Source of the DNA: Candidatus Berkelbacteria bacterium CG_4_10_14_0_2_um_filter_35_9_33_12
GTDB taxonomy: Bacteria > Patescibacteriota > UBA1384 > GWA2-35-9
Length of the DNA: 44,690 bases
Assembly (NCBI GenBank): GCA_002793435.1
Contig: PFQF01000031.1
Location: forward strand, 1 to 44,690
Reading direction: 5' to 3'
The position numbers were made by a program, and so were the translations under genes. Below, piece by piece: positions 23,600 through 31,247 of this stretch (positions within the stretch are counted from its first letter, which is position 1; each line of letters begins with the position of its first letter). The notes below the pieces were generated by a model that saw only the letters and a list, made by a program, of their open reading frames with translations, was not told the origin of the DNA and made no database searches.

Positions 23600-24896
23600 T
23601 TTTAACTAATTGTTTAAATGTTTCCCCTCGCTCGGATGCATTTTTAAATTGGTCAAATGAAGCTGAAGCGGGAGAAAAAAGGACTAATCCATCATTAAGA
23701 TTGATATCGTTCGCACATTTAACCGCTTCAGCTAAATTTTCGCAAATTATTAGATTGGTTTTCTTGGCATATTTTTTCATTAAACCGACAATAAGGTTTT
23801 TATTTTGTCCGTATATAATTGCTGTGTCAATTTTTTTTCCAATTTTCTTTACCAATTTTATATAATCAAAACCTTTGTCAACCCCGCCACAAATTAAAAT
23901 TATTTTTTTATTAAAACAGTTAATGCCAGCGATGGTTGAGTCTGGTCCGGTCGAATAAGAATCGTTATAATATTTTTTACCATTTTTTTCAACCACAAAT
24001 TCGAGTCTATGCTCAAGTGGTTTTATTTTCATCAATGATGCTATTATTTTTGCATCTGCAACATGTAATATTCGAGCCACATTAATAGCACCGTTAATAT
24101 TTTGTTTGTTATGTAATCCAATAAATTGTTTTGGATACCCTGAAATCAAATTATCTTTAGAACTATAAAATATTTTTTGAGCTTTTGTCAGCCATTTTAT
24201 TTTTTTTGAAAGATTGCTATCTCGACAAATAATTGCAAAATCTCGTTTAGTTTGAAATCGAATTAAATTTAATTTTGCTTGCCAATATTCTTTAATACTT
24301 TTATGACGATCTTGGTGATCTGGAGTAATTGGAGTAATAACGGCAATATGAGATGATTTCTCTAAATCTTGAAGCTGAAAAGACGAGAGTTCAAGAATAA
24401 CTATATCTTCGTGCCTAATTTCATCGATAAAATCAAATGGGTCTTTGCCAAAATTGCCTGCTAGATAGACTTTAACTGACAAATTGTCTTTTAAAATATT
24501 ATAGATTAAATGACTAGTTGTGCCTTTGCCCTTGGTACCAGTCACAGCAATTATTTTTGCTGGACAAAGATCAAAAAAAAGTTTAGTTTGAGAATATATA
24601 ATTGTACCAGCCTTTTTCGCAGTCTGAATTTGTTTTAACAAATACGGTATTCCGGGGGTTCTAAAAATTATTTTAAAATCAGATAAATTATTTAAATAAT
24701 TTTTACCCAGAATAGTTTGGTATTTCCCAAAATATTGTTTGAGATCTTTATCAATTAACTCTTTTTTTGATTCGTTTTGGTCTAGAATTGTCAGATTTTC
24801 AATTTTATTTTTCAAAAGATACAAAACTAAACTAGCATGATTAACGCCATAACCAACAATTGCAACTTTTTTGCCTTTTAAATCCCTAATATCCAT
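23586..24896 (-). CDS. murD: UDP-N-acetylmuramoylalanine--D-glutamate ligase
   Basis: VTGTKGKGTT P-loop. Mur ligase layout and dcw position. Confidence 0.85.
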   Translation of the reverse strand: MDIRDLKGKKVAIVGYGVNHASLVLYLLKNKIENLTILDQNESKKELIDKDLKQYFGKYQTILGKNYLNNLSDFKIIFRTPGIPYLLKQIQTAKKAGTIIYSQTKLFFDLCPAKIIAVTGTKGKGTTSHLIYNILKDNLSVKVYLAGNFGKDPFDFIDEIRHEDIVILELSSFQLQDLEKSSHIAVITPITPDHQDRHKSIKEYWQAKLNLIRFQTKRDFAIICRDSNLSKKIKWLTKAQKIFYSSKDNLISGYPKQFIGLHNKQNINGAINVARILHVADAKIIASLMKIKPLEHRLEFVVEKNGKKYYNDSYSTGPDSTIAGINCFNKKIILICGGVDKGFDYIKLVKKIGKKIDTAIIYGQNKNLIVGLMKKYAKKTNLIICENLAEAVKCANDINLNDGLVLFSPASASFDQFKNASERGETFKQLVKNVKT

Positions 24897-25063
24897 AACT
24901 AGTATTTATTATACACTATATATACACTAAATTTCCATTGTTATTAAACTCCACCCATTATTTACCATACTCAATATTGTTAATTAACCATTTAACTTTT
25001 TCCCATAATCTTTTTCCAAATTCCATTAATTTTTCATCTATCTTTACCCATTCTTGCCTATTT

Positions 25064-25267
25064 CTAGTTGTAATAAATTTTCCGTACGGATATTTTGTTA
25101 CAACTTTTGAGAACTAAAATATGAAGTAAAATATTTTGTATAATAAATAACCTTCCGTTTTTTCGGAAGATTATAACTTGATGGTTGTTTATCACATTTA
25201 GATAGCAAATTATAATTTGATGGTTGTTTATCACATTTATATAGCGGGTAACCAGTGGTTTAGCCAT
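25064..25267 (-). CDS. doubtful ORF (67 aa) running through the 39-bp tandem repeat
   Basis: From the ORF track only. Its peptide repeat YINVINNHQIII / YLNVINNHQVII simply mirrors the DNA repeat. No family recognised. Confidence 0.2.
   Translation of the reverse strand: MAKPLVTRYINVINNHQIIICYLNVINNHQVIIFRKNGRLFIIQNILLHILVLKSCNKISVRKIYYN
25171..25248. repeat. two tandem copies of a 39-bp unit (34/39 identical)
   Basis: ttataaCttgatggttgtttatcacatttaGatagcAAA / ttataaTttgatggttgtttatcacatttaTatagcGGG, directly adjacent to a cttccg-tttttt-cggaag hairpin (25152-25169). Confidence 0.9.
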
Positions 25268-25332
25268 TTTTTCAAATACTCTCAGCGATAATCTGATATC
25301 GCCAACTTTTCTTCATTATTATAATACACACT

Positions 25333-25587
25333 TCATCTAATGATTTTACTACAAGATGATTTAATCGATAAACCCGATCGATTGTTTTGCACAATATCGC
25401 ATCGAGTGTGATAATTAGATTGATCAAATAGACACACATCGATTTTAGAATTATTAAGTTTTGTTAGCACTCTAAAAAGAGGAAAGTGGTATTTATTAAT
25501 TAGATAGAAAATTACAATTCCAACTTCAAACTTTTCAATTGGAATATTATCAGGATACTTATGTATTAAATTAACATTCTGTTCCAT
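25333..25587 (-). CDS. orphan hypothetical protein (84 aa)
   Basis: ATG at 25587 follows GGGGGAGAAG. A TTGACA-17-TACACT element lies upstream, just after the mraY stop. No family recognised. Confidence 0.35.
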   Translation of the reverse strand: MEQNVNLIHKYPDNIPIEKFEVGIVIFYLINKYHFPLFRVLTKLNNSKIDVCLFDQSNYHTRCDIVQNNRSGLSIKSSCSKIIR

Positions 25588-25668
25588 TACTTCTCCCCCA
25601 GTCAAAGTACAAATTAGTTAGTAGTGTATAGTAATAAGTTAGATCTGTCAAGCTAAACACATATGTTT

Positions 25669-26718
25669 TTAACCTTTCCCAACGAGCGCTATAAATAGAC
25701 CAATGGTGGCAAATACCGCACCGATGACCCAAAATCGCATAACTACCTTTTCTTCTTTCCAACCTAACGCTTCAAAATGGTGATGAATTGGTGCTACTCG
25801 AAATACTTTACATTTAAAACATTTTTTTGAAGTAATTTGAATCAAGCTAGATAGTAATTCAATTACATAAATAAAACCAATAATTGGCAAAATGATAACC
25901 GTATTCGTCAACATCGCTACCACTCCCAATGTGGCGCCCAAGGCTAACGAACCAGTATCACCCATATAAAATCGAGCTGGCGGAATATTGAACCAAGTAT
26001 AAGCTAAAGTTGCGCCTGAAACCGTAGCACAAAAAGCGGCGAGTTCAAATTTCCCTAAAATTAAAGCAATAACCGTATAGGCAATGAACGAAATTGAAAG
26101 TTGTCCACCCGCCAATCCATCTAAACCATCAGTCAAATTGACCGCATTCGCCATAAATAGAATTACAAAAACAAAGAGCGGAATATACCATAATCCAATC
26201 TCAAGAGTGTAGGGGAGACCAATTAAATTTCCACCAGGAATGTGAATAATTGACCAGTCTAATTTATCATAAAACCACCAACCTCCTAATGCTCCAAAAA
26301 GAATCAACCAAAACAGCTTGGCTTTGAAACCAAGCCCCGCCACTCCTCTACCTGATGACTTCAAATTAATTAAATCATCAAGTAAACCAACTAAACCAAA
26401 ACAAACGATTGTAAACAAAGGAAGATATGTCTCGGCTCGAGATAGATTGAACAAAACTGTTATGAGTGCTACCACAAACCAGATCAATATTCCTGCCAAA
26501 GTTGGAACATTGCGTTTATGTTTTTCAGCGTGTAATTTCTGATAGATCACAGCTTTTTCTCCAGTTATGGCTTGAGTTTTCTGTTTTTTCCAAGCCTTGA
26601 AACGGTACAAAAAATAAGTCAAAGTTGGAGTTAATCCAAATGTGACCATAAAGCTACCGGCTAAAAATCCGAAAACTTTCAATAGACTATAAACATCAAT
26701 CGTGATTGTTTCGTACAT
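25669..26718 (-). CDS. mraY: phospho-N-acetylmuramoyl-pentapeptide transferase
   Basis: NAVNLTDGLDGLA and PIHHHFE motifs. About 10 TM segments. Confidence 0.9.
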   Translation of the reverse strand: MYETITIDVYSLLKVFGFLAGSFMVTFGLTPTLTYFLYRFKAWKKQKTQAITGEKAVIYQKLHAEKHKRNVPTLAGILIWFVVALITVLFNLSRAETYLPLFTIVCFGLVGLLDDLINLKSSGRGVAGLGFKAKLFWLILFGALGGWWFYDKLDWSIIHIPGGNLIGLPYTLEIGLWYIPLFVFVILFMANAVNLTDGLDGLAGGQLSISFIAYTVIALILGKFELAAFCATVSGATLAYTWFNIPPARFYMGDTGSLALGATLGVVAMLTNTVIILPIIGFIYVIELLSSLIQITSKKCFKCKVFRVAPIHHHFEALGWKEEKVVMRFWVIGAVFATIGLFIALVGKG

Positions 26719-26720
26719 AT

Positions 26721-27809
26721 CTATTTAATTAATTTTTGAACAATTTTTTCTAAATGTACAGAATGGGAGCCCTTGATTAAAAGCATATCATTTTTCTGAA
26801 TTAGCTTCAATATAAACGGGATCGCTTCTTGGACTTTTCCAAAATGATAATCAGCCTCAAACAATTTTGATTTTTCACCAACGCTGATCAAAATGTCAAA
26901 ATCCTTTTTCAAAATTTTTTTAAAATCTAAATGGTATTGATTGACACTTTCACCCAATTCTTTCATATCGCCTATAATTCCAATATACCTTTCTGGTCGT
27001 TGGGACATTTTCAAACTCCGCCCTTTAGTTAAAACTACCCGTAACGAAAGCGGGTTTGAATTATAGGAACTATCAATTATAGTTAGACCGTTTTTTTTAA
27101 TTATTTCAAGCCGTCCTTTAGGCGGTGAATATTTATTTAATACCGAATCGATTTGAGAAAGATTGAGTCTGAAATATTTTCCAACCAAACGAGTAAAACC
27201 GATATAACTTTCTTCAACCGGATAATCAATCAAAATCAACTTGGCGTCGTTTGGCAAGTATTGAATTAACTTGTGGTAGTAATTTGATTGCTTATTTAAA
27301 ATTACAATTCCGTTCGGAGCTAAATGTTTAATCACCTGTGTTTTTTCATCAATGACCGCTTCGATTTGAACAAATCTTTCCAAATGACTTGGTCCAATGT
27401 TGGTGACTATAGCAATTTTTGGATGAATATAACTAGTTAAATATTTGAGATCGTTAGGTTTGTCAGTTGCCATTTCTAAAATTAATATACGGGGATATTT
27501 TATCAATCCAACTAAAATTAAGATTGATTTAATAACATAATAACTGAGCACAAAAATCCAAGTTAGTTTGTTGGGTGGTTTGACTTTAATAATTGCAATT
27601 GAAAGTGGAATCCCAAACTCGGTATTGAGATTACCATAATTTGAAAATACTTTATCTTTCCACTGGCGGGACGATTTTAAGGTTGAATAAATAGCTTCTT
27701 TGGCTGTGGTTTTCCCTGCCGATCCAGTGATTGCCACAATTTCCGGTTTTTTTGACAATAAAATCTGGTTCGCAAAATAGGTCAAAATAGATAATAATAA
27801 ATTTTTCAT
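26721..27809 (-). CDS. murF: Mur ligase family protein, short form, probably MurF (UDP-MurNAc-tripeptide--D-Ala-D-Ala ligase)
   Basis: ITGSAGKTT P-loop. It sits directly upstream of mraY. At 362 aa it is short, lacking most of the N-terminal domain. MurE versus MurF cannot be settled by eye. Confidence 0.65.
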   Translation of the reverse strand: MKNLLLSILTYFANQILLSKKPEIVAITGSAGKTTAKEAIYSTLKSSRQWKDKVFSNYGNLNTEFGIPLSIAIIKVKPPNKLTWIFVLSYYVIKSILILVGLIKYPRILILEMATDKPNDLKYLTSYIHPKIAIVTNIGPSHLERFVQIEAVIDEKTQVIKHLAPNGIVILNKQSNYYHKLIQYLPNDAKLILIDYPVEESYIGFTRLVGKYFRLNLSQIDSVLNKYSPPKGRLEIIKKNGLTIIDSSYNSNPLSLRVVLTKGRSLKMSQRPERYIGIIGDMKELGESVNQYHLDFKKILKKDFDILISVGEKSKLFEADYHFGKVQEAIPFILKLIQKNDMLLIKGSHSVHLEKIVQKLIK

Positions 27810-27811
27810 AT

Positions 27812-29539
27812 TTAATAATCTTTCGGAATTTGATAATAGCTTAACAGAAATTGCATAGCTTTTTTAAACATCGGTAGAACAGTTGCATCTGCAAACCGTG
27901 TCACTGTCGGTTTTTCAAGTCTGATTACAACCACAAATTTTGGATTAGTAATTGGTCCAATTCCCGCAAAACTGTGATTAAACGAATTTTCTTCATAGCC
28001 AGTACCATCTTTTTTTGCAATTTGGGCAGTACCAGTTTTACCGCCAATATTGTAACCTTCAATTTTAGTCTTGCTTGATTGACCGACATCAACAACCGAT
28101 TGCATCATTTGCTTAACTTCATTGGCAGTTTCGATTTTAATCACTCTTCGGACGGTTGTGTTTTCAATTGGTTCTTCGCTTCCATCTTTTCTAATTATTT
28201 TATCAACAATATGCAATCTTGGCATCTCACCATCGTTGGCAATTGTGGCATACGCTTGAGCAATTTGGAGAGGTGTGACTAAAACGCCTTGCCCAAAACT
28301 AATATTGGCTCGATGAATATCACGCCAATTCTTGAGACTCAAGATTGTGCCAGTGGTTTCACCCGGTAAATCGATACCGGTTTTTTCGTTAAAGCCAAAT
28401 TTTTCTAAACCTTCCCGCATCAAATCATTACCAATTTGATTTCCTACCCAAACCATACCGACATTATCTGAGTTTTCCAAAATCTGAGTCACAGTTTCGT
28501 CGCCATAACCTTTATTCAAGGCAGTATGAATTTCATAACCTTGAACAACTGTCATATTTGAAAATGGTCCGCCTTTAGTGTCCGGTTCAAATTTTTCGTT
28601 GTCCAAGCCAAGCGACACAATAATCGGTTTAAAAATAGATCCCGGTTCATAGGCAAAAGAGACTGCCGGGTTAACAAAAATAGAAAATTCTCGATCTTTA
28701 TTTTCTTCAGCCACTTCATTAAACCGATTTGGATCAAAATTAGGGCTCGATGCCATAGCTAAAATTTTACCACTTTTGGGCTCAACCACAATTATTTGCC
28801 CATTTTCAGCATCGCTAAAATCCATCCCCTCCTTCAAAATTTGCTCCATTTTATACTGAACATTTTTTTCAACCGTCAGAACAATACTGCCGCCATTCTT
28901 AGCTTTAATATCCTCGTTAAGAAAATCGATAATCCGCCCCTTGTTATCTTTTTCAGCTACCAATAGACCTGGTTCCCCTTTCAAAATTTTTTCATAATAT
29001 TGCTCTACGCCATAATTGCCACTAAATTCATGATTGACGAATCCAAGTATATGCGAGGCAAGTTCTTTTTCTGGATATTCACGAACATAATCAGGGAATA
29101 TTTGCACATCTTTGAGTTTTAATGCCTCAATTTGATCAGCTAATTTTTTATCAACTTTTTTGGCAATCGGTGGAACATAGAGTTTATCATTATTAATTTT
29201 TTCAAAAATATCCTTCTCATCCAAACTTAAAATCGTAGCTAATTGTTTAGCAATTTCATTTTTATCGGGTGTATTTTTAGGCACTACTAAAATTTGATAT
29301 TTCTGAACATTTAAAGTCGCTGGGGTCAAATCAGTTTTATCGTAAAAATAAATATTGCCTCGTTCTGCTTCAATAGTTCTCTCATCTCGATACTGCTTTT
29401 GAGCAATTTCTGAATATTTTGAGTGCTCAATAACAGATTTTTGAAAAATTCGTAAAACCAAACCAGCAAACAGGACGAGTAGAATTGACACCAAACTCTT
29501 CAAGCGAACTTGCCAAATTTCTTTCCTCGCCAATGACAT
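27812..29539 (-). CDS. ftsI: class B penicillin-binding protein / FtsI transpeptidase
   Basis: N-terminal TM. Motifs SIFKP (SxxK), SDN (SxN), KTGTA (KTG). Confidence 0.85.
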   Translation of the reverse strand: MSLARKEIWQVRLKSLVSILLVLFAGLVLRIFQKSVIEHSKYSEIAQKQYRDERTIEAERGNIYFYDKTDLTPATLNVQKYQILVVPKNTPDKNEIAKQLATILSLDEKDIFEKINNDKLYVPPIAKKVDKKLADQIEALKLKDVQIFPDYVREYPEKELASHILGFVNHEFSGNYGVEQYYEKILKGEPGLLVAEKDNKGRIIDFLNEDIKAKNGGSIVLTVEKNVQYKMEQILKEGMDFSDAENGQIIVVEPKSGKILAMASSPNFDPNRFNEVAEENKDREFSIFVNPAVSFAYEPGSIFKPIIVSLGLDNEKFEPDTKGGPFSNMTVVQGYEIHTALNKGYGDETVTQILENSDNVGMVWVGNQIGNDLMREGLEKFGFNEKTGIDLPGETTGTILSLKNWRDIHRANISFGQGVLVTPLQIAQAYATIANDGEMPRLHIVDKIIRKDGSEEPIENTTVRRVIKIETANEVKQMMQSVVDVGQSSKTKIEGYNIGGKTGTAQIAKKDGTGYEENSFNHSFAGIGPITNPKFVVVIRLEKPTVTRFADATVLPMFKKAMQFLLSYYQIPKDY

Positions 29540-29540
29540 T

Positions 29541-29861
29541 TTAGTTTTTAACTGTTTCTTCAGCCGGTTTAAGCTCTAGTCCTTCAATTTTTGTTTCAAT
29601 CTCTTTTAGAGATTTTAATCTTAGAGCTTCCGCTTCCGAAGTTTCCCGATCCTCTTCTAATTGACTCTGGGTAACTTGTAATTCTCTAAGTTGATACTTT
29701 TTAGTTGCCGATTGGGTCGATTGAGCTAAGTAAAAAAGTGTTAATGCGGCAAAAATCAAAAGGGTAATAAATTTCAATGATAATGGACCAATTTTGACTG
29801 ATTGCTCAATTGTTCTTTTCTTTATTCCAACTTTGTCGGTATTTTTATTGGTTAAAATCAT
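29541..29861 (-). CDS. ftsL: FtsL-like cell division protein (TM + coiled coil)
   Basis: 106 aa with a single TM helix and then a heptad-rich segment. Located immediately upstream of ftsI. Confidence 0.6.
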   Translation of the reverse strand: MILTNKNTDKVGIKKRTIEQSVKIGPLSLKFITLLIFAALTLFYLAQSTQSATKKYQLRELQVTQSQLEEDRETSEAEALRLKSLKEIETKIEGLELKPAEETVKN

Positions 29862-29881
29862 AATAAATATTTTTTAAGAAA

Positions 29882-30047
29882 CTGGTAGCGACAACGAAGG
29901 AAAGTCAATTTCTTCTTGTGCTTCTTAAAAATAAATCAAAGAAGCACCACAGTTAGGTTGGAAATCGACTCCTCTCCTTAAAACCTTCTGACAGATCCAA
30001 TCAAAGAGGCTATTCCTCATAACCAGACCGGTCAATGTCACTACCAG
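29882..30047 (-). ncRNA. candidate structured RNA in the mraZ-ftsL spacer (family not recognised)
   Basis: A 12-bp closing helix forms from ctggtagTgaca (rc of 30036-30047) and tgtcGctaccag (rc of 29882-29893). The single non-Watson-Crick position is a G-U on the minus strand but a C-A mismatch on the plus strand. There is an internal 9-bp hairpin gtgcttctt/aagaagcac (29918-29947). The region is visibly more GC-rich than its flanks. Confidence 0.3.
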
Positions 30048-30073
30048 CTTTTTCACGAACTTGACCTAGCAAG

Positions 30074-30505
30074 TTAAATACCCATTTCGGACATTGTTTC
30101 AGCATTTTTTTCGGCGTCTTTTTCAGTTTTCTGTTTATATTCTTGCCAGACTTGGCTATCCCATATTTCAATGCGAGAGTAAAGTCCAGCGACAATAATA
30201 TTTTTCTTTATATTGGCAAAATTTTTTAAATAATCAGGTAAAATTATTCGTCCTTGATTATCAGCTTTAACTTCGACCGCACCAGCTAACATTAACCGAG
30301 AAAATGCTCTTGCTTTTGTAGACGTAAATGGTAATTCTGAAATTTTAATCGCTATTTTAACCCATTCATCTTTCTTATAAAGGAACAAACAATTATCTAA
30401 GCCACGGGTTACAACTGCACCTTTTGTCAAACTACTTCTAAAACGGTAAGGAATGGATAGCCTATTTTTATCATCTAAACTATGCTTAAATTCTCCAATA
30501 AACAC
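30074..30505 (-). CDS. mraZ: transcriptional regulator MraZ
   Basis: MFIGEFKHSLDDKNRLSIPYRFR... with two SpoVT/AbrB-like halves (DDKNRLSIP, DNQGRIILP). Confidence 0.9.
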   Translation of the reverse strand: MFIGEFKHSLDDKNRLSIPYRFRSSLTKGAVVTRGLDNCLFLYKKDEWVKIAIKISELPFTSTKARAFSRLMLAGAVEVKADNQGRIILPDYLKNFANIKKNIIVAGLYSRIEIWDSQVWQEYKQKTEKDAEKNAETMSEMGI

Positions 30506-30523
30506 TTAATTTCTTGATTATTT

Positions 30524-30549
30524 TCCACTTTTCCCCACTTTTTTCCACT
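30524..30549 (-). promoter_or_regulatory. MraZ operator: three GTGG(A/G) boxes at exact 10-bp spacing
   Basis: Minus strand reads GTGGAaaaaaGTGGGgaaaaGTGGA (ccac at 30525, 30535, 30545 on the plus strand), just downstream of the candidate promoter. Confidence 0.6.
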
Positions 30550-30559
30550 TCTTTGTCCT

Positions 30560-30587
30560 ATATTACCACTCAGCAACCACCTGTCAA
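30560..30587 (-). promoter_or_regulatory. candidate dcw (Pmra) promoter TTGACA-16-TAATAT
   Basis: -35 is the rc of 30582-30587 and -10 is the rc of 30560-30565. Confidence 0.5.
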
Positions 30588-30603
30588 GTCGTTGAGTTGT
30601 GGA

Positions 30604-30628
30604 TAAGAAAAAGACCCAATACGGGTCT
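30604..30628 (-). terminator. rho-independent terminator of the 30679-31062 gene
   Basis: agaccc-(5 nt)-gggtct hairpin followed on the minus strand by TTTTTCTT. Confidence 0.7.
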
Positions 30629-30678
30629 AAAATTAATAATTTGTAATTGTAATCGAGATTAAATTAAAATTCTTCTCA

Positions 30679-31062
30679 TTAAGTTTCGGGAATTAAGTGG
30701 AAAAAATGACAAATATCTTCTTTGGTCATTCCCAAATTCATAGCTTTTTTAATTTCACCTCTTGCTTGCTCAAGATGTTTTATAACATAAGTTCCAACAA
30801 TGTCATTGATTGCTTCACTAAAAGTATCAAACCAATGATCTTTAAAATCGTATATCGCAGAATGAACTAAATATTGATTCGTTCCATTGTTATCGGGCTT
30901 AAGATAAATATTATGTGCGACATATCGATAATTCGGTAGTCTGATCGAAATGGCAGTTGCTTCTTCCGAAGTACCGATATTCCAAACTTCAAAATTTCTA
31001 ATACCCAAAACTTCTAACAAATTAATTGTGTTGCTTATCAAAATTGTGGTTGAAGCGTTCAT
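30679..31062 (-). CDS. hypothetical protein (127 aa)
   Basis: ORF with its own promoter, SD (GAGGAGATAAGGG) and terminator. No family recognised. Confidence 0.55.
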   Translation of the reverse strand: MNASTTILISNTINLLEVLGIRNFEVWNIGTSEEATAISIRLPNYRYVAHNIYLKPDNNGTNQYLVHSAIYDFKDHWFDTFSEAINDIVGTYVIKHLEQARGEIKKAMNLGMTKEDICHFFHLIPET

Positions 31063-31072
31063 CCCTTATCTC

Positions 31073-31086
31073 CTCTCTCTCTCTCT
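31073..31086. repeat. (CT)7 / (AG)7 dinucleotide repeat in the 5' UTR, abutting the SD of the 30679-31062 gene
   Basis: Read directly from the sequence. The minus strand reads gacAGAGAGAGAGAGAGgagataagggATG. Confidence 0.9.
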
Positions 31087-31108
31087 GTCTAAGTGCAAAT
31101 CAGAAATT

Positions 31109-31137
31109 AGTTTATAGATAAAAATAAAAATTGTCAA
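31109..31137 (-). promoter_or_regulatory. candidate promoter TTGACA-17-TAAACT for the 30679-31062 gene
   Basis: -35 is the rc of 31132-31137 and -10 is the rc of 31109-31114. Confidence 0.45.
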
Positions 31138-31212
31138 GTCCAATCCGAAAGATTGTTTTCCTTGTGAAAATGTTTTGAAAATATTCAATAATTTATTAAT
31201 CGGTCAATTTTG

Positions 31213-31241
31213 TTGAAATCTTTATCTTGTATTGCTATAAT
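31213..31241 (+). promoter_or_regulatory. candidate promoter TTGAAA-17-TATAAT for tig-clpP
   Basis: TTGAAA at 31213-31218 and TATAAT at 31236-31241. The tig ATG is only 7 nt downstream and no SD is visible. Confidence 0.45.
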
Positions 31242-31247
31242 AATGTC

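Noticed and set aside
24911-24930. 13-nt identity (atatatagtgtat) between the murD upstream region and the C-gene start region (3764-3776)
   Set aside because: The motif is pure AT-rich low-complexity sequence, and the two copies are in opposite orientation relative to their genes. A chance match of this kind is plausible in a window of this composition.
25171-25248. Possible mini-CRISPR array
   Set aside because: There are only two repeat units, directly abutting with no spacer. No cas genes are in the window, and the unit is not palindromic in the CRISPR manner.
25571-25762. 63-aa minus-strand ORF
   Set aside because: It overlaps the 3' end of mraY in another frame and overlaps the better-supported 84-aa ORF start region. 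No SD.
30010-30195. 61-aa ORF spanning the mraZ 3' end and spacer; also tested as an rsmH remnant
   Set aside because: It overlaps mraZ out of frame and has no SD. Its sequence shows nothing like the RsmH GxGGH SAM-binding region.
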